DNA of 64,000 nucleotides from an uncultured Candidatus Saccharibacteria bacterium (GCA_964410165.1 CAYPFT010000002.1:367-64366), one strand, 5' to 3'. Counted from the stretch's first letter, positions 38,246 to 48,562 are shown. Notes: a model not told the origin generated them from the sequence alone. Made by a program: numbers and translations.

Positions 38246-39534
38246 TACGCATTCTCCTTTTTTTTGAAGAGTTCATGAAACACCGGATAGATGTCCTTTT
38301 GTTCTCGGATGAATTTCATCGCGAATCGATCTTTAAATACGCTCTCTTCGGCAATCCGCAGATAGTTCGCCCAGAGTTCATCTTGCTTCTCTTTTTCAAT
38401 CTGAACGTAAGCGAAGTAGCGGAGCACAGAAAGAATTTCATTTACCAACATATCTTCGCAGATGTTGGAATCAAGCGACCAGTTCTCTCCATCGGAGGCT
38501 TGCGCGACATATCTGTTCCAAGAAGAGTCGCTGTATCTTTCGTCAATAATCTCTTTCATAAGGCGGAGCCCCGTGGAGACGACCGTACCGCCCGTTTCCG
38601 TGGACTCAAAAAATTCTTTTTCGACCACTTCTTCGGCGATAGTGTGATGCTTGATGAACACCACATCGGTCCGTTCGTAATTTCGTGTAAGGAACAGATA
38701 TAAAAGCAAGAAGAATCGTTTGGCAATATCCTTCCTGTTTTTGTCCATGGAGATCGAGACATCCATAATACAAAACATCACTGCTTGCGCGGTCGGCTCC
38801 GGCACTTTTGCAAATTGCCTGAAACGAAGGTCCGAAGTGTCTATGAACGGAATGCCGCGAAGTTTTTGTTTGAGCAGGGTAATTTCTTGCGCAACGGCAA
38901 TAACCCGCTCCCTTGCTTTTTCGTCCGGATCAGGCAATGCCAAAAGCAGAGCCATCTCCCCCTCAAGTTTGCAAAGGAGTTCCTCCTTATCTTTTTTCCC
39001 GAATACGATGCGCCTTGCAAGCGATTGACGAAAGGAGCGGACAAGGTCGAGGTTCGTCGGATTTCCCGCGGTGGTTATGCCCGCGCGTTTCCATTTGTAC
39101 TCGTCTATGCCTGAAAAGAGCTCGGTCTTTATCATATTCGGAAGTTCGCAGTCCTCAAAATAGATTTCCAAAAATTCTTTGCGGGTGAGGTGAAAAACAA
39201 AATCATCTTCGCCCTCGCCGTCCGGACTGCCTTTCTTTCCGCCCCCGCTTCCTCCTTTCGGGCGGGGGATTTTGTCTCCTGGAATAAAGCGGTCATTGCC
39301 GGGGTGCACATATTCCCGGTTGCCGCCTGTTCCGTGCCGGAATCGCGGTTCTTGAATGCCCTTTTTCGGGATGGTTATATCTTCTCCGTCTTTATGCGAA
39401 TCGGTAATGCTGCCGATCCCGGCTTTTTTCTGCACCGCTTCTTTTATCCACGGTTTCATTCGTTCAATGAATCTTCCACGATTGACGTGGCTGCCTCCTC
39501 CTTGACCTCTTCTGTCTACAATAACGTCGCTCAT
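38245..39534 (-). CDS. yeaH: YeaH/YhbH (DUF444) vWA-like protein
   Basis: EP.F.HG.GG, PGN..F..GD.I.RP, AVMFCIMDVS.SM, GGTVVS and AQASDGEN. Confidence 0.94.
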   Translation of the reverse strand: MSDVIVDRRGQGGGSHVNRGRFIERMKPWIKEAVQKKAGIGSITDSHKDGEDITIPKKGIQEPRFRHGTGGNREYVHPGNDRFIPGDKIPRPKGGSGGGKKGSPDGEGEDDFVFHLTRKEFLEIYFEDCELPNMIKTELFSGIDEYKWKRAGITTAGNPTNLDLVRSFRQSLARRIVFGKKDKEELLCKLEGEMALLLALPDPDEKARERVIAVAQEITLLKQKLRGIPFIDTSDLRFRQFAKVPEPTAQAVMFCIMDVSISMDKNRKDIAKRFFLLLYLFLTRNYERTDVVFIKHHTIAEEVVEKEFFESTETGGTVVSTGLRLMKEIIDERYSDSSWNRYVAQASDGENWSLDSNICEDMLVNEILSVLRYFAYVQIEKEKQDELWANYLRIAEESVFKDRFAMKFIREQKDIYPVFHELFKKKENA

Positions 39535-39622
39535 GGCATTTCTCCCATATTACTCTGTCTTTGAAAAAAATAGGGGCGGCGTCGAAACTTCGAACCACCG
39601 CCCCTAAGCCTTTGACCCCTTC

Positions 39623-41548
39623 TTAGGAACTCTTTCTTACCCGCAGGTACCATTCCGAAAGCAGGCGCACCTGCTTGGGTGTGTAACCTTTCGCTCCCAT
39701 CCGATTCACGAAATCTTCGTGTTTTTTTTGGTCGTCTTTCGACGCTTTCGAGCTGAAAGAAATGACTGGCAAGAGCTCCTCGGTATTCGCGAACATCTTT
39801 TTCTCAATCACCGCCCGCAATTTTTCGTAGCTCGTCCATACCGGATTTTTCCCGCTGTTTTTCGATCTTGCACGAAGTACGAAGTTTACCACTTCGTTTC
39901 GGAAATCCTTCGGGTTTGAAATGCCCGCCGGTTTTTCAATCTTTTCAAGCTCCGTATTGAGCGCCGTTCGGTTGAAACTTTCTCCGGTGTCAGCGTCTCG
40001 GTATTCTTGATCTTGGATCCAGTAGTCCGCATACGTGACATAACGATCGAAAATGTTTTGCCCGTATTCCGAATACGATTCCAGATACGCCGTTTGGATT
40101 TCTTTCCCGATGAACTCGATATAGCGCGGAACGAGATACTCCTTGATGAAACGGAGATAGCGTTCCTGCATTTCCGACGGGAACTGTTCCTGAGCGATTT
40201 GCTGCTCCAATACATAAACCAGATGCACCGGATTCGCCGCCACTTCAGTGTGGTCGAAGTTGAACACTTTGGAGAGGATCTTGAACGCGAAGCGCGTCGA
40301 GATTCCTTCCATGCCCTCGTCCACGCCGGCGAAATCTTTATATTCCTGATAGGATTTGGCTTTCGGGTCGGTGTCTTTCAAGTTCTCGCCGTCATAGGTG
40401 CGCATCTTTGAATAGATGCTCGAATTCTGCGGTTCTTTGAGGCGGGACAAGACGACGAATTGCGCGAGCATTTGGAGCGTCCCCGGAGCGCACGGCGCTT
40501 CGGAGAGCGAGCTGTATCTGAGCAGTTTTTCGTAGATCTTCACTTCTTCCGAAACACGGAGACAATACGGAACTTTCACGACATACACGCGGTCGAGGAA
40601 CGCTTCGTTGTTCCGGTTTCCTTTGAAGGTTTTCCATTCCGATTCGTTCGAGTGGGCGAGAATAATGCCCTCGAACGGAATGGCGGAAAGCCCTTCCGTG
40701 CCTTTGTAGTTTTGTTCTTGGGACGCCGTCAGGAGCGGATGAAGCACTTTGATCGGCGCTTTGAACATTTCCACGAATTCCATGATGCCGCGGTTGCCGA
40801 GGCATAATCCTCCGGAGAAGCTGTACGCGTCCGGATCGTCCTGCGAATAGTGCTCGAGTTTTCTGATATCCACTTTGCCGACGAGAGAGGAAATGTCCTG
40901 GTTGTTCTCATCACCCGGCTCGGTTTTGGAAACGGCGCGCTGGTCGAGCTGCGAAGGGTGGACTTTTACGACGGTAAATTTTGTAATATCTCCCCCGTAT
41001 TCGTGAAGGCGTTTTACCGCCCACGGAGAGGGGATAATGCCGATATATCGGCGCGGAATGTTGTATTCTTGCTCAAGAATTTCCGCATCTTCCGCCGAAA
41101 AAAGTCCGAGAGGCGATTCGTTCACAGGGGATCCTTTGATCATATAGAACGGCTGTTTCTCCATGAGCGATTTGAGCTTTTCCGCAAGCGACGATTTGCC
41201 GCCGCCGACGGGACCCAAAAGGTAGAGGATCTGCTTCTTCTCTTCAAGTCCTTGCATTGCGTGGAGAAAGAACGCGACGATTTTTTGAATGGTTTCTTCC
41301 ATGCCGTAGAATTCCGCGAAAGAAGAATATACGTCAATGACCTTGTTTGCATGGATGCGCGAGAGGCGCGGGTCAAGCCGGGTATCAATGGCGTCCGGCG
41401 TCCCGATAGCAAGCAATTCACGCTCTTGCGGTGTGGCGTAAGCGCTCGGGTCATTTCGGCAAATTTCAAGATACTCTTCCAGAGAATATTCTTGCGCGCG
41501 GGTTTGGTCGTAACGCTCCGTGAGGCGGGTAAATAAACTGGTGTTCAT
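39623..41548 (-). CDS. prkA: PrkA/YeaG AAA+ serine protein kinase family
   Basis: GLEEKKQILYLLGPVGGGKSS, EPGDENNQDIS, EFVEMFK, AHSNESE and C-terminal WYLRVRKSS. Confidence 0.96.
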   Translation of the reverse strand: MNTSLFTRLTERYDQTRAQEYSLEEYLEICRNDPSAYATPQERELLAIGTPDAIDTRLDPRLSRIHANKVIDVYSSFAEFYGMEETIQKIVAFFLHAMQGLEEKKQILYLLGPVGGGKSSLAEKLKSLMEKQPFYMIKGSPVNESPLGLFSAEDAEILEQEYNIPRRYIGIIPSPWAVKRLHEYGGDITKFTVVKVHPSQLDQRAVSKTEPGDENNQDISSLVGKVDIRKLEHYSQDDPDAYSFSGGLCLGNRGIMEFVEMFKAPIKVLHPLLTASQEQNYKGTEGLSAIPFEGIILAHSNESEWKTFKGNRNNEAFLDRVYVVKVPYCLRVSEEVKIYEKLLRYSSLSEAPCAPGTLQMLAQFVVLSRLKEPQNSSIYSKMRTYDGENLKDTDPKAKSYQEYKDFAGVDEGMEGISTRFAFKILSKVFNFDHTEVAANPVHLVYVLEQQIAQEQFPSEMQERYLRFIKEYLVPRYIEFIGKEIQTAYLESYSEYGQNIFDRYVTYADYWIQDQEYRDADTGESFNRTALNTELEKIEKPAGISNPKDFRNEVVNFVLRARSKNSGKNPVWTSYEKLRAVIEKKMFANTEELLPVISFSSKASKDDQKKHEDFVNRMGAKGYTPKQVRLLSEWYLRVRKSS

Positions 41549-41823
41549 GGCTGTTCTCCTGTGTGTGGCGGTTTTTGGTGAAGCAAAAAGATTGCTTCAA
41601 TAAATGAAGTTTTTGAGTTGTCGAAGAACAACCCTTTCCTGATTAAAAGTATAACAAAGTTCATCTCTGCCGTTGCTGTGCACAAGTTGTGCATAAGTAT
41701 TAAGAGCCATTTTGGGTATAGCACCGTCATCTCGTTGTCTTTTTCCGTCCGAGAAGGTACGCTATAAGCAGTACGGGCGCATTCGTCCATTGAAAAAGAT
41801 TTTACAAAATACAGGAGGGAGAC

Positions 41824-43158
41824 ATGGGTAAAATTATCGTTCCGGAAAACAAACTTATTCTGCTCGACCATACTCGCGCCGGTCCGATGGCGGAGAGATT
41901 TTACGAATTTGCCAAGACGCGCTTCGTCGGACAGCCGCGCGTTGTTCGGTGGCTCGCTCAAATGTCAGAATCTATATTTCAAGGTTTTTATCCCGCAAGG
42001 GGTCCGTTGGGAAGCGTACTTCTGGTCGGACCTTCCGGTGCGGGAAAAACGCTTGCCGCGGAACTTCTCGCGTGGTTTCTTTTCGGCGACCCGGAAGGAT
42101 TTTCCCGGATCGACGGACAGGAGATGGCGTTGCGAGAAAATATCGCGCGTGTGATCGGCGCATCGCCCGGGTATGTCGGGTATGATGATCCGCCGATGAT
42201 TACCCAAAAAAGCCTCGATGAACCCGCATATTTGTGCATACTCGAAAACGCGCTTAACAATGCCACTGAAGGAGTTCGTCGGGAGTACCACAATATTCAA
42301 GAAGAACGGCGCGGACTTTTGGCGCACATTACCGGGCTTGGAAAGACAAAATCCGACCAGGAAGAATTGGCGCTTGCTGTGCAAAAAATCAAATCACTCA
42401 ACCATCGGACGAAAGCGCTTGGCATTCCCGAATATGACCGAAGGAAATATACATATATTTCCATACTTCTGCTCGACGAGATTGAAAGAGCACATTCCGC
42501 TTTTCATAATCTGTTATATCGGATACTCGACGAAGGAAAACTGCCGATCGTGTCAAAGAACCAAAATATGGGAAGCGGTTTTATTGACTTCAGGAGAACC
42601 ATTATTATTGCAACCAGCAATCTTGGCGAAGAAGAACTGAAAAATCTTTTTAAGAGTTCAAGCGGCCGTTCACTCGGGTATAGTTTTATGAGGCAGACGT
42701 ATACCAGCGATGAGCTTGATCAAGCAACTTATCGGATTTGCAACAAAGCGATAGAAAGCTTTTTTCCGATGCCGCTCCTGAATCGTTTCGGAGATAAGAT
42801 TGCCGCGAGGATACATTCTCGGGAAGAACATCTTCAAGTTCTTGATATTGAGCTGAACAAGATTCGGGATTGGCTGTTTGATCCGGAGGGATGTAATTTT
42901 CCGATTGTAATTCGGGTTGAAGACTCGGTCAAAGCATATTTGGCGGACGAAATGTCGGAGAGCCTCGAAAAAGGAGTTCGTTTTTTGCAACAAAAGCTGA
43001 AGACACATCTCGTTGATAGAATTATATCACTCAAGGCGACAGGACAGGTTTGCGCGGGAGACATACTCATCGTGTCCACCGACCCGATTTCGAAAGAGTT
43101 TGTTTTTCACAAAGAACATAATCCCACCGCCGCGGAAAAGATTATAAAAACCAGCTGA
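41824..43158 (+). CDS. Stand-alone ClpA/B D2-like AAA+ ATPase with a helical insertion, paralog 1
   Basis: VGQ, GPSGAGKT, GASPGYVGY, LLDEIERAH, ATSNLG, LNRF and GVR. Confidence 0.85.
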   Translation: MGKIIVPENKLILLDHTRAGPMAERFYEFAKTRFVGQPRVVRWLAQMSESIFQGFYPARGPLGSVLLVGPSGAGKTLAAELLAWFLFGDPEGFSRIDGQEMALRENIARVIGASPGYVGYDDPPMITQKSLDEPAYLCILENALNNATEGVRREYHNIQEERRGLLAHITGLGKTKSDQEELALAVQKIKSLNHRTKALGIPEYDRRKYTYISILLLDEIERAHSAFHNLLYRILDEGKLPIVSKNQNMGSGFIDFRRTIIIATSNLGEEELKNLFKSSSGRSLGYSFMRQTYTSDELDQATYRICNKAIESFFPMPLLNRFGDKIAARIHSREEHLQVLDIELNKIRDWLFDPEGCNFPIVIRVEDSVKAYLADEMSESLEKGVRFLQQKLKTHLVDRIISLKATGQVCAGDILIVSTDPISKEFVFHKEHNPTAAEKIIKTS

Positions 43159-43306
43159 CGTTTTCTGTTCCGACTCGCCCGTACCATATGGGCGAGTTTT
43201 TATTGTCGCAAGGATTGTTTTTTTGCCCTATCAGGAGTACTGTTTAGGGCAGGAAAGACAAATTAGTCCATTGAAACAATTTTTCTTAAAAATACAGGAG
43301 GGGAGC

Positions 43307-44659
43307 ATGGATAACCGCAACACAAATTTTGTTCGTCTTGATCATCTGAAGCGAGGACAAACAGCGGAGGCGTTTATGGAATTTGCCGGCACAAAAGTAA
43401 TCGGACAATCGCACATTATTAAAACTATCGGTCAGACGATTGAACAAGAGCTTGCCGGATTCAGCAATCCCAAAAAGCCGATCGGCTCTTTCTTTATTGC
43501 CGGTCCGTCCGGCGTCGGCAAGACATCCATCATTAAAGCGCTTGCGGAGTTCTTATTTGAAGACGAAAAGGCAATGACCCGTCTTGAGGGACAGGAATTT
43601 TCGGAGCCGCATTCGGTAGCGAACCTGAAAGGATCGCCGGCGGGATATGTCGGATTCGATGAACCGCCGAGAATTACTCAAGAAGGACTCGATAAATACG
43701 GGTTCAATGCGATCCTTGATGATTTTTACTCGCGCTTGTTTCCGGGAGAGGAAGAATTCTTTCAAGAGAAAGAGGCAATGATCCGAACGCTTGTTTCGGA
43801 GATAAATTCATTGACTCAAAGGGATGCTCAAACGGCGAGCAAAAGAGAATCCTGCATGGAGAGCATAAAGGCGCTACAGAGAGAACTTGCCGCAAGAGGG
43901 TATCCTCTTTATGATATTACGGGTTCTCGTTCCAAGTATATCTCCGTTTTCCTTATAGATGAAGTTGAACGGGCGGACAAGGCGCTTTGGAATCTTCTCT
44001 ATACCCCTCTTGATGAAGCGTATCTCCCCATTAAGGGGTATAAAAGATGGAACGGAAGTGTCGTTGACAAAATACGATTTAACAGCACTTTTTTCTTTGC
44101 GACCTCAAATGTCGGCGATGATGTTATCCGCGAACTCTTGAACGTCCAAAGCGGCAAAAGTACGGGTTTTAAGTTTCATCATTCGTCCGTTTCAAAAAAT
44201 GTCGCGCAGGAAGTTTACTCGTCCTGCAAAAAGGAAGTGCGCAGGCATTTTCAGTCCAGTTTCATCGGCCGATTTGACCATTTTTTCGTTGCACAGCCAT
44301 TGTTTCGCCTTGAAATCCGGCAGGTTGTGGACTTGAAAATTTCAGAATTAAACAAGCGGTTGGCGAATAAATTGAATTTCCGGCTTTCTCTTGATGTTGA
44401 TGAAAAGGCGCGCGAGTTTATTGTTGATGAATCTGCCGATGATCCGACTATCGGCGCCCGGTTGGTGGAACAAAAGATTAAGAGGCGGTTGACGGATTCG
44501 CTTGTTTCGCTTACGGCAAGCAAACAAATAACAGACGGCGACCGTATTTTCGTTCGTCTGGAAACGCTTCTTGACCGTCCGGTTTTGACCTTTTACAGAG
44601 AAGAATATGCGGCAAAACCGCTTTTGGTACAAAAAGATTTAGCCGGGGGCAGACCATGA
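43307..44659 (+). CDS. Stand-alone ClpA/B D2-like AAA+ ATPase with a helical insertion, paralog 2
   Basis: IGQ, GPSGVGKT, GSPAGYVGF, LIDEVERAD, ATSNVG, GRFD and GAR; SD AGGAGG. Confidence 0.85.
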   Translation: MDNRNTNFVRLDHLKRGQTAEAFMEFAGTKVIGQSHIIKTIGQTIEQELAGFSNPKKPIGSFFIAGPSGVGKTSIIKALAEFLFEDEKAMTRLEGQEFSEPHSVANLKGSPAGYVGFDEPPRITQEGLDKYGFNAILDDFYSRLFPGEEEFFQEKEAMIRTLVSEINSLTQRDAQTASKRESCMESIKALQRELAARGYPLYDITGSRSKYISVFLIDEVERADKALWNLLYTPLDEAYLPIKGYKRWNGSVVDKIRFNSTFFFATSNVGDDVIRELLNVQSGKSTGFKFHHSSVSKNVAQEVYSSCKKEVRRHFQSSFIGRFDHFFVAQPLFRLEIRQVVDLKISELNKRLANKLNFRLSLDVDEKAREFIVDESADDPTIGARLVEQKIKRRLTDSLVSLTASKQITDGDRIFVRLETLLDRPVLTFYREEYAAKPLLVQKDLAGGRP

Positions 44660-44864
44660 TTTTTCACCCTCTCCTTAAACTTTAAGTTTCGGGAGAGGTT
44701 TTTTATTTTTTGCAAACAGCCTTAAAAATGGTATATTTTCCCTATGTTAGAAGAACTGAGGGCTCACCCACGAATAAAATCCCCGTCTCGCCTCCATATT
44801 TCCGCAATCTTTTATTTTTTCTCTCCGCCAGCTGGCGGACACAAATCTCTCATCGTAGCTCACT

Positions 44865-47800
44865 ATGCCTCAAAATTTTCTCAATCAAAAAAATAAAATC
44901 TTACAAAAATCTGGAACCGAATCCGGGGAAGTTATTCGTGGGCGAACCCTTGAAAAATCTAAAATCGCCGAAAGCGAAGAAAAAACCCTCGCTTTTTGGC
45001 GCGAGAATAACATTTTCCAAAAAACGCTTGAGGCGACGCGCGAGGGCGAGCCGTTTGTCTTTTACGATGGGCCGCCTTTTGCGACTGGGCTTCCGCACTA
45101 TGGGCATCTTTTGCAGGGGACAATCAAAGACACCGTACCGCGATACCAGACGATGCGCGGGCGATATGTCCGTCGCGTGTGGGGGTGGGACTGCCATGGA
45201 CTGCCGATTGAAAATCTTATTGAAGGAGAGCTCGGGCTGAAGCACAAAAAAGACATCGAAAACATCGGCATCGCGAATTTCAACGAGGCCGCGCGAAAAA
45301 GCGTGCTTCGCTACGATGAGGATTGGAAGAAAATCGTTCCGCGGATGGGGCGATGGATAGACATGGAGGCGAGCTACAAAACGATGGATTGGCAATACAC
45401 GGAATCTATTTGGTGGGCGTTCAAAACGCTCTACGACAAAGGACTTATTTATGAGGGATACAAGCCGATGCATATCTGCCCGCGATGCGAAACGACGCTG
45501 GCGAACTCTGAAGTAACGCTCAATTATCAGGATGTGAAAGATATTTCCGTAACGGCGAAGTTTGAGCTCGCAGATGAGCCGGGAACGTTCGTGCTTGCGT
45601 GGACGACCACGCCGTGGACGCTGCCGGGGAATGTCGCGCTTGCAATCGGTGAAGTTATTGAATACGTAAGAGTAGGAATTTGGAATCAGGAATTAGGAAT
45701 TAGGGAAACGTATATTGTGGCGAAAGAGCGGGTGGAAACGGTATTCGCAGGCAAGGAGTATGAGATACTTGGATTAGTGCATAATCCGGATTTGATAGGC
45801 AAAAAATACAAACCTGTTTTTGACTATTACACTGGCGACGAGAAGCTTCCAAACCGCGAGAACGGCTGGAAAATAGTTGTGGCGGAATTCGTGACGACGG
45901 ATACCGGTACGGGCGTTGTCCACATTGCTCCGGCGTTCGGAGAGGAAGACATGGCGCTCGGCATCGTACAAAATTTGCCGTTCATTCAGCATGTCGGCAT
46001 GGGCGGGGTTTTCAAACCCGAAGTAACAGACTTTGCGGGAATGCCGGTGAAGACGAAAGGCGACACGCAATCGGCGGATGTGGCGGTCATAAAATATCTC
46101 GCGGCACACGGCACGCTGTTTGCAAAAGAAAAAATAGAGCACTCCTACCCGATGTGCTGGCGGTGCGACACGCCGCTTTTGAATTACGCCGCGAGCTCGT
46201 GGTTTGTGAAAGTTACCGCGCTTAAAGAAAAGATGCTTTCAGAAAATGAAAACATTTCGTGGGTGCCGGAGAACATGAAGCACGGTCGTTTCGGAAAATG
46301 GCTCGAAGGCGCCCGCGACTGGGCCATCTCCCGCTCGCGATATTGGGGCGCGCCGATTCCGGTCTGGAAATGCGACAAATGTGAAAAACTTGATGTTATT
46401 GGTTCTGTGTCGGATTTGCGCAAAAACATCAAGCCCAAAAATCAGTATTTTGTGATGCGGCACGGGGAGGCGGAACATAATGCGACCAACACTGTGAGTT
46501 CGAAGCCGGAAAATCCAACACACCTTACAGAAAAGGGAAAAGAGGAAGTTAGGGTGGCGACGGAAGGACTAAAAGATAAAAAAATTGACTTCATTTTCGC
46601 GTCCGATTTCGTGCGCACAAAAGAAACGGCGGAAATGGTTGCGGGAATGCTCGGAATTCCAAAAGATAAAATCGTGTACGATGAACGTTTGCGTGAAATA
46701 AATGCCGGTGATTTCGACGGAAGACCGATTTCAGAATACCGCGCTTATTTTCCCAGACTCCTTGAAAGGTTTACGAAGCCTGCACCGAACGGCGAGAATG
46801 TCGTTGGTGTCAAAGTGCGGGCAATGGATTTTCTTTCGGAAACCGACGCGAGAGAAGCGGGAAAAAATATTTTGCTCGTTACCCATGAATACGTGGCATG
46901 GATGCTTGCCACCGGAGTGAAAGGGCTCTCAAAAGAAGATTCTTGCCGCGAGAAAGAGGGGAAAGATGATTTTATCGTAACCGGAGGAGTGCTTTCTATT
47001 TCTTACGCGCCGTTCCCGCACAACGCCGATTACGAGCTCGACCTGCACCGACCCTACATAGACGACATCGTGCTTCCGTGCAAATGCGGCGGCGATATGA
47101 AGCGCGTGCCGGAAGTTTTTGACTGCTGGTTTGAATCCGGGTCAATGCCGTACGCGCAGTTTCATTACCCGTTTGAAAACGAACAAGAATTTAAGCGCAA
47201 TTTTCCCGCGGATTTTATCGCCGAAGCGGTAGATCAGACGCGCGGATGGTTTTACAACATGCACGCGCTTTCCGTCGGGCTTTTTGGAGAACGGGCATTT
47301 AAGAACGTTATTACGACCGGACTTATTCTTGCGGAAGACGGACAGAAAATGTCCAAGAAGCTCAAGAATTATCCCGACCCGATGGATGTGGTAGAAAAAT
47401 ACGGCGCGGACGCACTCCGGTATTACCTGCTTTCTTCCCCGGTGGTTGTCGGAGAAGAGCTTCGTTTTTCTGAAAAAGGCGTGGACGAGGTGTACAAAAA
47501 GATTGTGATACGCCTGCAGAATGTCGCGGCGTTTTATGAACTGTATCGCGACGTATCAGGGAACAGTATCAGTATCAGGGAGATGACGAATGTTCTTGAT
47601 GAGTGGATTTTGGCTCGGCTCGCAGAGTTAGTTGCTGAAGTGGAAGCGGGGATGGAGGGTTACGAGCTCGACCGCGCGGCTCGGCCGTTTATGCTTTTCA
47701 TTGATGACCTTTCCACATGGTATTTGCGCCGTTCTCGCGACCGAATGAAAGGGAAAGAGGGAAAAGCCGGCGAAGAAGAAGATACGAATAATGCCCGCGC

Positions 47801-48443
47801 AACACTCCGCCACGTGCTTTTGGAGCTCTCAAAAACCCTCGCGCCATTCATGCCGTTTCTTGCGGAAGATGTGTACAAACGCGCGGACGGGGAGAGGGAG
47901 AGTGTACATTTGGAACAAATCACAAATCCCAAATCCCAAATTCCAAACGCAGACGTACTTGTCCAAATGCAGGAAGCAAGGAAGGTTGTAGCAATGGGAC
48001 TTGAAGCACGCGCAAAAGCTGGGATTAAAGTGCGTCAACCTCTTGAAACGATCAAAACAACCATTACATTTTCCGGCGGCGGTATCATTATTTCTGATTT
48101 ATTCGGTACAATAAAAGCTGAACTTAATGTCAAGAATGTTTTGTTGGGACAAGATAAAGATGAGTTGGATACCGTTATAACCCCAGAACTCAAAGAAGAG
48201 GGAATGGTACGCGAATTCATCCGCCACGTGCAAGAGCTTCGTAAAAAGGAAGATTTAAGCCCCGCCGATAAAGATCGCATACTTCTTGTTTCCACCGACG
48301 AAGAGGGAGAAACATTCCTTAAAAAATTTGAAGCGGAGATAAAAAGAGCAACGCTTTTCGCCGCCGTGGAGTATCGGGAACCAAATGAGGGAGAGCAGAC
48401 GAAAGTAGAACATATCTTATTCTCTCTCGCGATAAAAAAGTAG
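44865..48443 (+). CDS. ileS: Isoleucine--tRNA ligase (type 2) with an inserted histidine-phosphatase domain
   Basis: DGPPFATGLPHYGH, GWDCHGLP, WTTTPWTLP, DWAISR.RYWG, DQTRGWF and KMSKK; internal RHGE domain. Confidence 0.95.
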   Translation: MPQNFLNQKNKILQKSGTESGEVIRGRTLEKSKIAESEEKTLAFWRENNIFQKTLEATREGEPFVFYDGPPFATGLPHYGHLLQGTIKDTVPRYQTMRGRYVRRVWGWDCHGLPIENLIEGELGLKHKKDIENIGIANFNEAARKSVLRYDEDWKKIVPRMGRWIDMEASYKTMDWQYTESIWWAFKTLYDKGLIYEGYKPMHICPRCETTLANSEVTLNYQDVKDISVTAKFELADEPGTFVLAWTTTPWTLPGNVALAIGEVIEYVRVGIWNQELGIRETYIVAKERVETVFAGKEYEILGLVHNPDLIGKKYKPVFDYYTGDEKLPNRENGWKIVVAEFVTTDTGTGVVHIAPAFGEEDMALGIVQNLPFIQHVGMGGVFKPEVTDFAGMPVKTKGDTQSADVAVIKYLAAHGTLFAKEKIEHSYPMCWRCDTPLLNYAASSWFVKVTALKEKMLSENENISWVPENMKHGRFGKWLEGARDWAISRSRYWGAPIPVWKCDKCEKLDVIGSVSDLRKNIKPKNQYFVMRHGEAEHNATNTVSSKPENPTHLTEKGKEEVRVATEGLKDKKIDFIFASDFVRTKETAEMVAGMLGIPKDKIVYDERLREINAGDFDGRPISEYRAYFPRLLERFTKPAPNGENVVGVKVRAMDFLSETDAREAGKNILLVTHEYVAWMLATGVKGLSKEDSCREKEGKDDFIVTGGVLSISYAPFPHNADYELDLHRPYIDDIVLPCKCGGDMKRVPEVFDCWFESGSMPYAQFHYPFENEQEFKRNFPADFIAEAVDQTRGWFYNMHALSVGLFGERAFKNVITTGLILAEDGQKMSKKLKNYPDPMDVVEKYGADALRYYLLSSPVVVGEELRFSEKGVDEVYKKIVIRLQNVAAFYELYRDVSGNSISIREMTNVLDEWILARLAELVAEVEAGMEGYELDRAARPFMLFIDDLSTWYLRRSRDRMKGKEGKAGEEEDTNNARATLRHVLLELSKTLAPFMPFLAEDVYKRADGERESVHLEQITNPKSQIPNADVLVQMQEARKVVAMGLEARAKAGIKVRQPLETIKTTITFSGGGIIISDLFGTIKAELNVKNVLLGQDKDELDTVITPELKEEGMVREFIRHVQELRKKEDLSPADKDRILLVSTDEEGETFLKKFEAEIKRATLFAAVEYREPNEGEQTKVEHILFSLAIKK

Positions 48444-48562
48444 AAACTGTTTACTGAAGGTAGTCCTCAGGGGCATTTTTCATTGCATTTTTTGGGTTTA
48501 TGCCGTATAAATGAAGAAGGCTGGTATTCGTAAATTCTTGGAATTATTTGTGGGGAGGTTGT

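Noticed and set aside
41545-41961. 138-aa minus-strand ORF upstream of prkA
   Set aside because: Overlaps the Clp-like gene antisense and spans the divergent promoter region; prkA has its own SD
44700-44864. T-box riboswitch upstream of ileS
   Set aside because: No T-box consensus or specifier stem seen; only a short palindrome TCCGCCAGCTGGCGGA
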